Source: Nitrospinaceae bacterium
GTDB lineage: Bacteria; Nitrospinota; Nitrospinia; Nitrospinales; Nitrospinaceae
Direction: 5' to 3'
DNA length: 64,000 bases
NCBI GenBank assembly: GCA_965223665.1
Contig: OZ245011.1
Span: forward strand, 1,408,001-1,472,000
The position numbers were made by a program, and so were the translations under genes. Position 1 is the first letter of the stretch, and every line of letters begins with the position of its first letter. Positions 9,779 through 20,031 of this stretch are shown in pieces. The notes under the pieces were generated by a model. That model worked only from the letters and a program-made list of their open reading frames with translations. It had not been told where the DNA came from and did no database searches.

Positions 9779-10927
9779 TTAAAAATCCAGAATATTGAAT
9801 ATGACCGTAAACACGGATGTCGCGATCACAATAAATACGATTCCCGTTACCACCGCAGAGGTAGCGGCGTTACCTACAGCGGCAGAACTCTTTCCGCACT
9901 GCATACCGCGGATGCATCCGGATACTGCCACTAACACTCCAAAGGCCGCGCTTTGGATCAACCCGGAAAGAAAATCATTCATATCGATAGAGTTCTTGGT
10001 CTGAATGAAATACTCCATCGGTGAAATGTCGAGCATACTCCATCCCACGAAAGCGCCCCCCAGTATTCCAAGAAAATCCGCGTACAGGCACAATAACGGC
10101 ATCATCAACATAAGCGCCAGCAAACGTGGCAGCACTAGAAATTCCATCGGGGAAATACCCATCGTGGTGAGGGCGTCCATTTCCTCATTCACCCGCATGG
10201 TTCCAAGCTGAGCTGCAAACGCCGCCCCGGTACGACCCGCCATAATGATCCCGGCCATCATGGCACCCATCACACGCACCATACCAAGGCCGACCAGGTT
10301 GGCCACATAAATCTCAGCGCCAAATTGCTGCAGTTGCACCGCCCCCACAAATGCTAAAGTGAGCCCCACTAATACGCTGATGAGGGATACGATAGGAAGT
10401 GCCTGCGCCCCGCATTCGTAGAGAACCAAAAATAAATCTTTTTTCTGAAACCGGGCTTTCCCCTGAAGGAGTTTGAGGAAGGCCAAAAACGCCTGGCCTA
10501 TGAATTCGAGCATCTCCCCGGTCGTACGGATGATGTTGCAAGTTCCCATACCGATGCGACTGAGCAAAGGATCCGGTGAATCCACAAGTTCGCTTTCGAT
10601 ACGTTTTGGCACCGCATGGGCTAATTCGAAAAGACGGCGTACACCTTGAGGCAAACCCGTAGAATCCAACTGTACCTTCCGGGAATGGCAATAAGCTTCA
10701 ATATGATTCAGAAATGTCAATAGACCTGTATCCCAGGACTCTAACGCACGGGTATCGAAAACCACACGCTTCGGAGTTGGCCAATTTAAAAACTGATTTT
10801 TAATTTCCACAGTGGAAGGCAGATTCCCAGCCAGCTTCCAACTGCCGGACAGTTCCAGGCACAGAGATTCGGCAGCGGTGGGGATAATTTTAAAATTCCA
10901 GGATTGCGTTTGCGACAATGGAGCCAC
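9779..10927 (-). CDS. mlaE: MlaE-family ABC permease with N-terminal STAS-like domain
   Basis: AGRTGAAFAAQLGTM.VNEE.DAL.TMG..P..FLVLPR motif; N-terminal WDTGLL STAS-like region. Confidence 0.9.
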   Translation of the reverse strand: MAPLSQTQSWNFKIIPTAAESLCLELSGSWKLAGNLPSTVEIKNQFLNWPTPKRVVFDTRALESWDTGLLTFLNHIEAYCHSRKVQLDSTGLPQGVRRLFELAHAVPKRIESELVDSPDPLLSRIGMGTCNIIRTTGEMLEFIGQAFLAFLKLLQGKARFQKKDLFLVLYECGAQALPIVSLISVLVGLTLAFVGAVQLQQFGAEIYVANLVGLGMVRVMGAMMAGIIMAGRTGAAFAAQLGTMRVNEEMDALTTMGISPMEFLVLPRLLALMLMMPLLCLYADFLGILGGAFVGWSMLDISPMEYFIQTKNSIDMNDFLSGLIQSAAFGVLVAVSGCIRGMQCGKSSAAVGNAATSAVVTGIVFIVIATSVFTVIFNILDF

Positions 10928-11086
10928 GCCTACCTCTCATTGGAGAAAAAAAACCGGTGGTCTTAGTTTTTCAAAATCTTCGCTATAAGGGTGGAGATGA
11001 TATTTTCCGCATCATATAAAAAAAAAGAAGGGAAATCAATATACTCCCAACGACCCCAAGTCCACCCTGCAAGTTTTTTTCATTCG

Positions 11087-11245
11087 ACTAAAACCCCAGG
11101 TGGTCAATCACCCCAGCCCTCTTTAAAAAGAGGGCGATCATCGACTTCCGTTTTAATATTTTCTTCTAAATAATCCGCCCTATATATAGAACAAACTGAA
11201 CTTATGAAAAGGCTCTCAAGATTCTGCGTTAACCACCGATCATCG
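11087..11245 (+). repeat. 159-bp direct repeat, copy 2
   Basis: Matches 6888-7046. Confidence 0.85.
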
Positions 11246-11324
11246 AAAATCATTTTTGCTTGCGGGCGCTGGCCCGCTGCCTCTCACGGCGAGTGAGGGT
11301 CTGCAGGCTCTGGCGGCGAGCCAG

Positions 11325-11753
11325 TTACTGTGTGTGAAAGGGCAAGGGCACTTTGCCTTCGTGGTAAATGAGTCCGAGGAGGATGCCGAAAATTCCGAAC
11401 TGGAACGTCAGGTAAATGGTTTCCATGACCATGAACTGGAGTACGTGTTGGACCGACTGCTTGGCGACAAACGCCAGCACGTGCGACGTCCAGAAAAACG
11501 CTCCCACCAAAAAGGCAAACTTCACGCCGCGCATAATGGGGATTCCATAAAACTTGACCAGCGGAAATAACACGGACAACGCAAACCCCTGCAACAGTAT
11601 CGTTAAAAAACCAAGAGAAAAACTCGGCTCGCCTTCAATGTAGCCAAAAGCACGATACCGTTCCTCGAACAATCCCACATGCCACACCACCGCTAAGATA
11701 AAGGTGCTGACCGTATACGCCACCGTTCCCCAAAGCACTCTTTTAATATTCAT
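11325..11753 (-). CDS. Four-TM hypothetical membrane protein
   Basis: Four hydrophobic segments; directly downstream of the TPR gene. Confidence 0.65.
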   Translation of the reverse strand: MNIKRVLWGTVAYTVSTFILAVVWHVGLFEERYRAFGYIEGEPSFSLGFLTILLQGFALSVLFPLVKFYGIPIMRGVKFAFLVGAFFWTSHVLAFVAKQSVQHVLQFMVMETIYLTFQFGIFGILLGLIYHEGKVPLPFHTQ

Positions 11754-11758
11754 GAATT

Positions 11759-13252
11759 CTATTCCTTATTCATTTTTGTTTGAAGGGGGATGAGCCAGGA
11801 GTCTACATCCTTCACCATATGGTTCAAACCAAATTTTTGGTAAATGGCTCGCGCTTTTTGATAAGCTTCCAGCGCCGCCTCATAATTGTTTTGCCCCTGG
11901 TAAGCGTAGCCGATATTATACCAACCGGTTGCCACCCATGGGTGAGATTCTCCCAAAGTTTGTTTATATATTTCTAACGCCTTTTTATAATACTCAATGG
12001 CTTTGTCAAATTTTTTTTGTCGAATCCAAACTAAGCCAAGGTCACTTAAACTCCATCCGATATGAGGATGAGGCCCTTTAAACAATTTTTCTCTGACTGC
12101 CCTTGATTTCTCATGGTAATCAATGGCCTTATCATATTCCCCCTTGGAATCCCAAGCTTGCCCCAGGTTACTCCAACGAATGGCAATTTTGGGATGCTCT
12201 TCGCCAAAAGTTTTAAGATCGCTGTCCAAAGCCTTCTCATAATACTCAATGGCTTTGTCGTAATCCCCCTTATTATTCCAGGCCCACCCCAGGTTGTTGC
12301 GACAGGTCGCGACATTGGAATGCTCCTCACCATAAGTAGTGAGATCACTCTTCAGCGCTTTTTCATAATACTCAATCGCTTTGTCGTAATCTCCCTTATT
12401 ATTCCAGGCCAAGCCCAGGTTATTCCAATTGGTGGCCACATGCGGATGATCCTCACCATAGGTTTTAATATTACGAGCCAAGGCCTTCTCGAAATAATCT
12501 ATCGCCAGATCGTAATCTCCCTTATGATTAAAAGCCAGGCCCAGGTTGTTCCAACTGGTAGCAATCTCTACATGATCTTCTCCATACGTTTTAATATTGC
12601 AGGCGAAGGCTTTTTTGAGATACTCAATAGCCTTACTGTATTTACCTAACGTATCAAAGATAAGTCCAGTCTCATTCAAATACAATGCATTCTCCGGGTC
12701 CAGTTGGGTAGCCCGCTCAAAATATTTTAGCGCCTTGGCGTAATCGAGTTTATTTTCCGCCAATCGTGCAATTTCGTAAGCCGCTTCGGCGGCCTGCTGT
12801 TTCGATTGGTCCAATTGTTTTTCGGATTTCTCAATATACTTAACATTTTCATCCAACGCCTGTTGGAACAGAGCTTCCGCTTTCTCGGTTTTTCCTTTAT
12901 TTAAATGTTCCTGCGCGTCGGCAATTTGGTCCTCCGGGATCGAAGGCTGCCGCTTTAAAGCTTCTTTGGTTTCCGCCAACAGCTTTTTGGTTTTTTCCAA
13001 ATCCGCTTCAACATCATTCAACCGCGCTTCCGTTAAACTCGAGACTTTTTCCAGCAGAGAAATTTTTTCCTGATCGCGCTGTTGACCTTTTTCATATTCT
13101 ACCTTCAACTGATCCTGAACTTTGCGAACCTCTTTCTCCAGTTCCGCCTTGTGCTCCTGAAGAGAAATGCCGATCTTATTCCCCTGGACGATGTCGCCAT
13201 CGGCGTGAATATTTCCTTCTGCATGAATGGATCTGTTACTCTTACTCATCAT
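11759..13252 (-). CDS. TPR repeat protein (paralogue 1)
   Basis: Repeated VAT.WNNLG.AW..KG.YDKAIEYYEKAL units; N-terminal coiled coil. Confidence 0.9.
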   Translation of the reverse strand: MMSKSNRSIHAEGNIHADGDIVQGNKIGISLQEHKAELEKEVRKVQDQLKVEYEKGQQRDQEKISLLEKVSSLTEARLNDVEADLEKTKKLLAETKEALKRQPSIPEDQIADAQEHLNKGKTEKAEALFQQALDENVKYIEKSEKQLDQSKQQAAEAAYEIARLAENKLDYAKALKYFERATQLDPENALYLNETGLIFDTLGKYSKAIEYLKKAFACNIKTYGEDHVEIATSWNNLGLAFNHKGDYDLAIDYFEKALARNIKTYGEDHPHVATNWNNLGLAWNNKGDYDKAIEYYEKALKSDLTTYGEEHSNVATCRNNLGWAWNNKGDYDKAIEYYEKALDSDLKTFGEEHPKIAIRWSNLGQAWDSKGEYDKAIDYHEKSRAVREKLFKGPHPHIGWSLSDLGLVWIRQKKFDKAIEYYKKALEIYKQTLGESHPWVATGWYNIGYAYQGQNNYEAALEAYQKARAIYQKFGLNHMVKDVDSWLIPLQTKMNKE

Positions 13253-13271
13253 CGTTGTTGCTTATCATTGA

Positions 13272-14582
13272 TTATTTTTTCTCAAGGCGGTCGAGAAAGT
13301 AATCTACTTCCTTTACTATATGGTCCTGACCAAATTGCTGGTACATGGCTCGGGCTTTTTGATAGTTTTGAAGTGCTTTCTCAAATTTCTTTTGCAATTC
13401 AAAAGTATAGCCGAGGTTAAATAAATCCCTCGCAATATCCGGGTGACTCTCGCCATAGTTTTTACGGTCCGTTGCCAAAGCTTTTTCAAAGTACTCGATT
13501 CCTTTTTCAATATTGCCTTTATTGACCAAAGCCGCTCCCAGGTTATTCCAACCGGTGGCCACCCAGGGGTGCCGCTCTCCCAGAGTCTGTTTATAGATTT
13601 CTAATGCCCTCTCATAATATTCCACCGCTTTATCATAATCCTTTTTTCGATCCCAAACCATTCCCAAATCGCTCAAGTTGGATCCAATATGAGCATGCGG
13701 TCCTTTAAACAATTTTTCTCTCACCTGCAAAGCTTTTTCATAATACTCAATCGCCTTGTCATAGTTCCCTTTTTCGCACCACGCTTGCCCCAGGTTGTTC
13801 AAATTGATTGCCACCTGCGGGTCTTCTTCACCATTTAATTTAATGTTGCAGGCCAAAGCTTTTTCATAATACTCAATCGCCTTATCAAACTGCCCCTTAT
13901 AACTCCAGGCGCGTCCCAGACCATTTAAGTTGATGGCAACGTCAAAATCCTCCGCTCCTTTTAATTTTATATTTATATCCAGAGCCTTCTCATGATACTC
14001 AATGGACTTATCAAAAAGTCCCAGCGTAAAATAAAGCGACGCAATAGCAGTCAAATAAACCGGATTGTCAGGAGTCAATAGCGTGGCGCGCTCGAAATAC
14101 TGCAGCGCTTTTGGAAAATTAAGTTTGTTTTCTGCCAACCGCCCGATTTCGTAAGCCGCTTCGGCCGCCTGTTCCGTCTTCTCATCCAGCGCCTGCTGGA
14201 ACAGGGCTTCAGCTTTCTCGGTTTTTCCTTTGTTTAAATGTTCCTGCGCTTCGGCGATCTGGTTGGCGGGAATCGATGACTGCCGCTCTAAAGCTTCCTT
14301 GGTTTCCGCCAAAAGTTTTTTGGTTTTCTCCAAGTCTTCTTCAACATCATTGAGTCTTGCTTCCGTTAAACTCGATACTTTTTCCAGCAGAGAAATTTTT
14401 TCCTGATCGCGCTGTTGACCCTTTTCATATTCTTCCTTCAACTGCGCCCGAACTTTTCGAACTTCTTTCTCCAGTTCCGCCTTGTGCTCCTGAAGGGAAA
14501 TGCCGATCTTATCTCCCTGAATAATGTCTCCACCGGCGTGAATATCCCGCCCGGCATGAATTGATTTTTTATTCTCGCTCAT
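13272..14582 (-). CDS. TPR repeat protein (paralogue 2)
   Basis: Same TPR units; first ~130 aa nearly identical to paralogue 1. Confidence 0.9.
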   Translation of the reverse strand: MSENKKSIHAGRDIHAGGDIIQGDKIGISLQEHKAELEKEVRKVRAQLKEEYEKGQQRDQEKISLLEKVSSLTEARLNDVEEDLEKTKKLLAETKEALERQSSIPANQIAEAQEHLNKGKTEKAEALFQQALDEKTEQAAEAAYEIGRLAENKLNFPKALQYFERATLLTPDNPVYLTAIASLYFTLGLFDKSIEYHEKALDINIKLKGAEDFDVAINLNGLGRAWSYKGQFDKAIEYYEKALACNIKLNGEEDPQVAINLNNLGQAWCEKGNYDKAIEYYEKALQVREKLFKGPHAHIGSNLSDLGMVWDRKKDYDKAVEYYERALEIYKQTLGERHPWVATGWNNLGAALVNKGNIEKGIEYFEKALATDRKNYGESHPDIARDLFNLGYTFELQKKFEKALQNYQKARAMYQQFGQDHIVKEVDYFLDRLEKK

Positions 14583-14817
14583 AATTTTTTTCAGGTCATT
14601 AATGTTCTTTTCATTCAGTGGGAGCCAACCCCTAAAACCAGAACAACAGGTCCGTATTTATTCAAACCCTACTCTCTTCGGCTAACGGATGCAACTACAA
14701 ATGCTGCATTCCCACTCCTTTAAAAAGGGGAGACACATCGTCCTCCTTTTTATAAAGTTTTATTTGAGTCCGCAGTGATGTCGTTATACTAAAAGAAAGG
14801 ATTTTTCAGGGAACCGC

Positions 14818-15933
14818 ATGTTGAGTTTAACCAGAAACCAAAATAAAAAACTGTTAAATAAAAACGCCTTCCTTAATGGCATTGTATTTATACTGTGTCT
14901 CTTTTTTTACAACGCCTGCTCGAACTCTTCTTCGCAACTCACCCATGCCGGGAAAGGAAAACGCATGCTCGGTATTCAGGCGAACATGGGAGCCGAAGGA
15001 GATTTCGATGCGCTGTTCGATGAATCGCTGGAGGCCGGGAACGAAACGCAGGTGCTCTCCATGGACTGGCGAGAAATTGAAACCACTCCCGAAACTTTCG
15101 AGCCACAGGTGAATTTTCTGGCCATCGGCAATTATTTTTATTCCAAGCGCGGGATGCCCATTCACGTGACCCTGCGTCCCATTCACACCAGTCAAAAGGT
15201 TGTGCCTTCGGATTTAGCAAACCTTCCGATGGATGATCCGCAAATGATCGCTCGGTTTAAAAAACTTTTGGATTGGACGGCGGAACAAATCACCAAAGTG
15301 GAACTGGTCTCGCTCACCATCGGTTCCGAAGTCGATATTTATATGTGGGGAAATGCAGAACGTTGGGAAGAGTGGATTCGGTTTTACTCAGAAGTGTCCG
15401 CATATGCCCGCGAAAAATTTCCCGGAACATTTATTTCCTGCGAAACCACTTTTGCCGCTTTTACCGGAGCAGATTTGGAACGACTGCGTCGGCTGCACCA
15501 GTACAGCGATGCAATTGGCGTTTCGTATTATCCCATGCAACAAAAACTGGCCTCGGTAAAATCGCCAAATGCGGTGCATGACGATTTTGCAGCAGCGGTG
15601 AACGCCATTGAAGACAAACCGATTTTCTTTTACCAAATCGGCTATCCCTCCAACCCTGCCCTCAAGAGTTCGCTGCAACAGCAAGCCGAGTTTATTACCG
15701 AAACTTTTAAGGCCTGGGATGAGCATGCAAACCGCATTCGTCTTCTTAATTTTCAGTGGATGCATGAAGCGCCCAGCCATGGCGTGCAGAAGTATGTCGA
15801 CTATTACCAATATGACTCGCAAAGTTTCCGCGCGTTTCTGGGGAGCCTGGGACTACAATCCTGGACCGGCGAACCCAAACCCGCCTGGAAACGCTTACAA
15901 CAGGAAGCCCACTCCCGCGGGTTTGGTCATTAA
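14818..15933 (+). CDS. Putative glycoside-hydrolase-like TIM-barrel lipoprotein
   Basis: Possible lipobox (YNAC); W.EIE, IGSEVD, IGVSYYP, KPIF..QIGYP motifs reminiscent of clan GH-A; the nucleophile position appears to be Q. Confidence 0.5.
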   Translation: MLSLTRNQNKKLLNKNAFLNGIVFILCLFFYNACSNSSSQLTHAGKGKRMLGIQANMGAEGDFDALFDESLEAGNETQVLSMDWREIETTPETFEPQVNFLAIGNYFYSKRGMPIHVTLRPIHTSQKVVPSDLANLPMDDPQMIARFKKLLDWTAEQITKVELVSLTIGSEVDIYMWGNAERWEEWIRFYSEVSAYAREKFPGTFISCETTFAAFTGADLERLRRLHQYSDAIGVSYYPMQQKLASVKSPNAVHDDFAAAVNAIEDKPIFFYQIGYPSNPALKSSLQQQAEFITETFKAWDEHANRIRLLNFQWMHEAPSHGVQKYVDYYQYDSQSFRAFLGSLGLQSWTGEPKPAWKRLQQEAHSRGFGH

Positions 15934-15987
15934 AACAAAACTTTTAAATTCTTAATAAGAAAATAACTTATCCTCGATTGGGCAAAC

Positions 15988-16491
15988 CTAAGATAAATAC
16001 AACCATGTTAAAACTAAAACTCGTCCCTGGAGAATTGGGTAAAATTTACGGCTACCTCGTGGGTGGGTTATAACTTTTATACAATAGGATTGGGAGAGAT
16101 TAATATAATTATCTATAAGAGACGCATTAGGAGACCTATATAATTGCCCTTCTTGAACTCGATAATCTTTTAATTGATCACAATGCAGGTCCCTGGCAAA
16201 ATCCATTGGGAGACGATATGCCACTGAGTGCACCCCTCCTCCAATCCAACTTTGCTCAGGATGATATTCATCTAACTTTTCAGAAAAGAAGGAAACGGCA
16301 AATCCGGCAAGTTCTTTCTCACTTTCTTTGGAAGAAAAATAACTATATATTCCAGTTGTAAGATAAAAAATTAAGAAAACACTCGTCAAAAGCACAACGA
16401 TATAAACAGAATATCTATAATCCTCGTTTTGCCAAAATCGTTTCCAAAATAATTTATCGACCTGCATACATTCCCTGGTATTCAATTTCAC
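15988..16491 (-). CDS. Hypothetical membrane-anchored protein
   Basis: AT-rich ORF with a single N-terminal TM helix. Confidence 0.5.
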   Translation of the reverse strand: MKLNTRECMQVDKLFWKRFWQNEDYRYSVYIVVLLTSVFLIFYLTTGIYSYFSSKESEKELAGFAVSFFSEKLDEYHPEQSWIGGGVHSVAYRLPMDFARDLHCDQLKDYRVQEGQLYRSPNASLIDNYINLSQSYCIKVITHPRGSRKFYPILQGRVLVLTWLYLS

Positions 16492-16896
16492 TCAAACTAT
16501 GGCCTCAATACGTTTCCCAATCAGGCTAATTGAAAAATAGAATCCTTTTCATTATATAACAAACCCTAACCTAAAAAGAATTAATAGAATCTATCTCCAA
16601 GCGAGTTTAGAGTATTCCTTTTTTTAAAGAGACCATTGCATAAGTCAAATTATTGAATGAACCACTAAAAATATTAAAAAGTGAAATCAATGTTCCCCCT
16701 CTTTCCTAAAGAGGGTCGGGGTGATTCACCTTCAGGGGTTTTAAGAATAAGGTAAAATCCCCCCAGCCCCCTTCATAAAAGGGGGAGCACATCGGTCGCA
16801 TTTTTATGTTTATTGTATTTTGTTTCATAGTTTCTATTATACAAAGCTCTCTTGAAAAAAATTAGAGCGGACTGAGTCCGCCCTAATTCCCATGGA

Positions 16897-17880
16897 TTAA
16901 GAAATACTTGCAAGCGCCTGTTCGATGCGGTGGTACTGTTCCTCGGTGACAAAACTGGTGAGGACTTTGTTGAAGTGCGGTTGTTGCGCGCCCATAATAA
17001 TGTGCTGCCATCGGTACGCTTTTAAGATCAGCGCTTCCACCGGCCGCCATTGATCCACGGTGAGCACGCGACCACAAGTCCGCGCAAAGTATTCGGCATC
17101 GGCCTGCGACTGCATTTGCAGAATGCCGTCCACCGCGCCGACCAGTTCAATGAACTCGTTCACGCCTCGGTCGCGGCCTTCCCATGAGGTTTGTCGATTG
17201 CAGCGATCCCATTCCAGTTCGTCCATAATGGCGTGCTGACTTTCTTCCATCCAGTGATAACGAAACACATCCTTGAACAGCGGCGACAGACCCTTCTCTA
17301 CTCCAATGCTTTGGCGATAGTGCACCAGCACCACCACTTCAATATGCAGGGTGAGCGCCAACACCGCCCACGTTCCTTTTTCCAACACCACCTGCGCCAC
17401 TTCGTTTGCGTCAGGGACAAATGTGTAACCAGGCGCCATTTGTGAATCGGCCAACTGTTCCAAACGACGGAACATTTCCTGGTGCTTTAATTCTTCATCA
17501 CTGAACCGAATCAGCGCTTCCAGTGCGGTTTGGTCTCCAAACCGGTGATCCTGACTCACTTCCAGCACTTTCGCATTCACAAACCGTTCGGCCATATGGA
17601 AAATGTTGCAGTAAGTCCGACCCTGAATTTGACTCAGGTACCGTTGCTCCGCCTCGGTTAAAAAACCCAATTGGGAAACGAGGGACAGTCCATCGGGCAG
17701 GAACTTCTGAGAGAGATCAAAGGACCGGCCGCGGATCACGTCCTGCTCGATATCCCAGCGCACCGATTTCGATGCCTCAATGCAGCGGGCATAGCGGGAG
17801 GGTTCCTCCCGGCGGGACTCCGCAGTTTGAAAAGGTTCTATATTAATAGCGATGTTTGTTGATGTGGTTTGCGTGGTCAT
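16897..17880 (-). CDS. Ferritin-like diiron protein (AurF/N-oxygenase-like)
   Basis: Paired E...EExxH motifs (DEELKH, EESQH); GGAGG RBS. Confidence 0.7.
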   Translation of the reverse strand: MTTQTTSTNIAINIEPFQTAESRREEPSRYARCIEASKSVRWDIEQDVIRGRSFDLSQKFLPDGLSLVSQLGFLTEAEQRYLSQIQGRTYCNIFHMAERFVNAKVLEVSQDHRFGDQTALEALIRFSDEELKHQEMFRRLEQLADSQMAPGYTFVPDANEVAQVVLEKGTWAVLALTLHIEVVVLVHYRQSIGVEKGLSPLFKDVFRYHWMEESQHAIMDELEWDRCNRQTSWEGRDRGVNEFIELVGAVDGILQMQSQADAEYFARTCGRVLTVDQWRPVEALILKAYRWQHIIMGAQQPHFNKVLTSFVTEEQYHRIEQALASIS

Positions 17881-17915
17881 GAATCATCCTCCTCTTTGAA
17901 TGATGTAAAATTAAA

Positions 17916-17929
17916 ACTAACTGGTTAGT
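17916..17929. promoter_or_regulatory. Palindromic operator-like site upstream of the diiron gene
   Basis: ACTAACTGGTTAGT near-perfect palindrome about 35 bp before the start codon. Confidence 0.45.
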
Positions 17930-18289
17930 AAAGTTATTAGGTAAAAAAACCGTCCACTCCGGCCTGGATGCCTGATAAAGCCCCTCTTTTTGATATAACC
18001 TTGCCAAAAACAACGGTTTTCAATAATATTTGGCTCCGGACTTTCTGGAGAGCCGCCTCCAGGTTGGCCTCTACGAGTGGGTTTAATTTGTCCGATTTCA
18101 TGTCGTTTTCTTTCTTTATTAATAGACCTTTGAATTACCCCGAACTAAGCAAAATACAACAAGTTTAAACTTGAGAACCCATGCGCTCCCCCTTTATGAA
18201 GGGGGCTGGGGGGATTTTACCTCCAGGGGTTTTTCAATTTATTCTTTTGCAAAGCTCTCTTTAATCCCGTCCGTCCAGATGGTTTCAAT

Positions 18290-18362
18290 TATTTCTGAAC
18301 GATAAGTGATTAAAACATATCTCTCCCGAGGCTGTCAACATATTTCTGAACGAAAGGTGATT
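18290..18362 (+). promoter_or_regulatory. Two 22-bp direct repeats upstream of the TetR gene (candidate operators)
   Basis: TATTTCTGAACGATAAGTGATT (18290) and TATTTCTGAACGAAAGGTGATT (18341). Confidence 0.5.
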
Positions 18363-18402
18363 TATTTTGATTTTTCCACTAACTCTTTGATATAGTGACC
18401 TT

Positions 18403-18984
18403 ATGGGACGCAAAAAAGAGTACAACCGAGCCGAGGTTCTGGAAAAAGCCATGGAACTGTTCTGGCACAAGGGCTATGAAGGGACGCATTTGCAGGAACT
18501 GGTGGAAGTCACCGGCCTCAACCGGTTCGGACTTTATAAAGAGTTCGGCGGTAAAGCCGGGTTATTCGACGAAGCAATGGACCTTTACCTGGGCCAACTG
18601 TCGAACACTGCCAAACCGCTTTCGCGAGAACCACGCGGAATGGGAAATATTCTGGCTTATTACGACGAATTAAAAATGGATCTCTTTCTCCACGGATGCT
18701 TTTTGGCTAATTCGTTGACAGAAAAACACGTCATCGATAAAAAAACCTATGACAAAATGATCCGAGCCATCACGGAATTCCAGAAAGTATTGAAGGACAA
18801 CATAGTCGCGGCGAAAGAAGCAGGCAACTTGAAACCGGGTGTCCACCCGGACAGCCTCATAAAGTTTTTAACCGTGTTTGACCTCGGCATGGTCGTCTAC
18901 GAAATCAACGCCGCCCCCGGCGACAAAGACCAAATCATCACCCACATCAAATCCTACCTCACTTCTCTCATTAAACCTGTATAA
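18403..18984 (+). CDS. TetR/AcrR family regulator (NemR/ComR-like)
   Basis: MGRKKEY...LEKAMELFW.KGYEGT..QELVEVTGL....LY..FG.K..LF HTH; GCF..NS. Confidence 0.9.
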   Translation: MGRKKEYNRAEVLEKAMELFWHKGYEGTHLQELVEVTGLNRFGLYKEFGGKAGLFDEAMDLYLGQLSNTAKPLSREPRGMGNILAYYDELKMDLFLHGCFLANSLTEKHVIDKKTYDKMIRAITEFQKVLKDNIVAAKEAGNLKPGVHPDSLIKFLTVFDLGMVVYEINAAPGDKDQIITHIKSYLTSLIKPV

Positions 18985-18994
18985 ATTTCACGAG

Positions 18995-19127
18995 TTAATC
19001 TTTCGTCAGCACAATACGATATTTAGGGTTGCCCTGGCGGAGGTGCTCCATGGCGTCGTTGACTTTGCTCAGGGGAAACTCATCCGTCACCGGTTGGATG
19101 TTGTGCCGCGCAGAAAATTCCAGCATC
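18995..19127 (-). pseudogene. Orphan 3' fragment of the alcohol/aldehyde reductase gene (duplicate of 25445-25573)
   Basis: Translates [43 protein letters not shown]; about 9 mismatches in about 129 nt versus the intact gene. Confidence 0.85.
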
Positions 19128-19632
19128 CTATAAACCCTATCCACACCATCACCGGAGAAGCGGTAGCAATATATTTTGCAGAGGATTGGATTTCATCCCT
19201 TTCAACATCTTGACATTCCAAATTCGCCTCAAATTTACATGCCTGAGTTTTATTTTTAGAGGAACGCAATTAGACCCTCCCGATTACTGTCGATTTAAAA
19301 TCAAAAAGCCCCTCTCTCGCATGAATAGTTTGCCAGTTTAACCATTTAAGTCTATCCGAATAGACATAAAATATAACTTTTTTATAGGATAACGGTTTTC
19401 TTGAAAAGCGAAAATTCCAAGCCAAACAGGACCCTAAAATCCGATTAGAAGGCGTTTTTTCAATGAATTTCAAGTTATCCCACCTAGAGTGCTAATTGGG
19501 CGAAAACAGATAGTTCTGATATTGAATTAAAAAAAATTGTTTTTACCGAAATTTTTCTTTATTACAATTTTTCGGTGTGGTAATGTATTTACATTCAGAA
19601 GGCCAATCTAAGTTTCGTGGAGGGACGAACTT

Positions 19633-20013
19633 ATGAAAGAGGATTCTGTCACAAGGGCGTATTACCAGGGCATTGCTGATTATGAAGCCGCTCTATTCGA
19701 AACAAACGTTGACCCCGGTTCAGAACCGGACCCCCTACCTTCCTACGAAGACCCAACAAACCTATCATCTCATTACACCACACAACTAAATAGCGACTGG
19801 GAAACTGTCATTTCTGAATTCCACCAAAGCTTACAATCCATTGAACGGGCTGTGCACGAGTTCCATACCATTTATGATTCCACACAAACTCTTGAAGAGT
19901 CTGAACTAGATAATCAACTACAAGGCTACAAAGAATATTTGCAAAATTTATCAGAAACTAACAGCCAACTAATAAAGACCATTAAGGAGTTTCTAGATAC
20001 AGAATCAAACTAA
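19633..20013 (+). CDS. Small acidic protein sharing the precursor leader motif (AYYQGIADYEAAL) plus a coiled coil
   Basis: GGAGG RBS; N-terminal motif matches the AYYQGMADYEASL repeats of the next gene. Confidence 0.8.
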   Translation: MKEDSVTRAYYQGIADYEAALFETNVDPGSEPDPLPSYEDPTNLSSHYTTQLNSDWETVISEFHQSLQSIERAVHEFHTIYDSTQTLEESELDNQLQGYKEYLQNLSETNSQLIKTIKEFLDTESN

Positions 20014-20031
20014 AAATTTAGGGAGGGTGAC

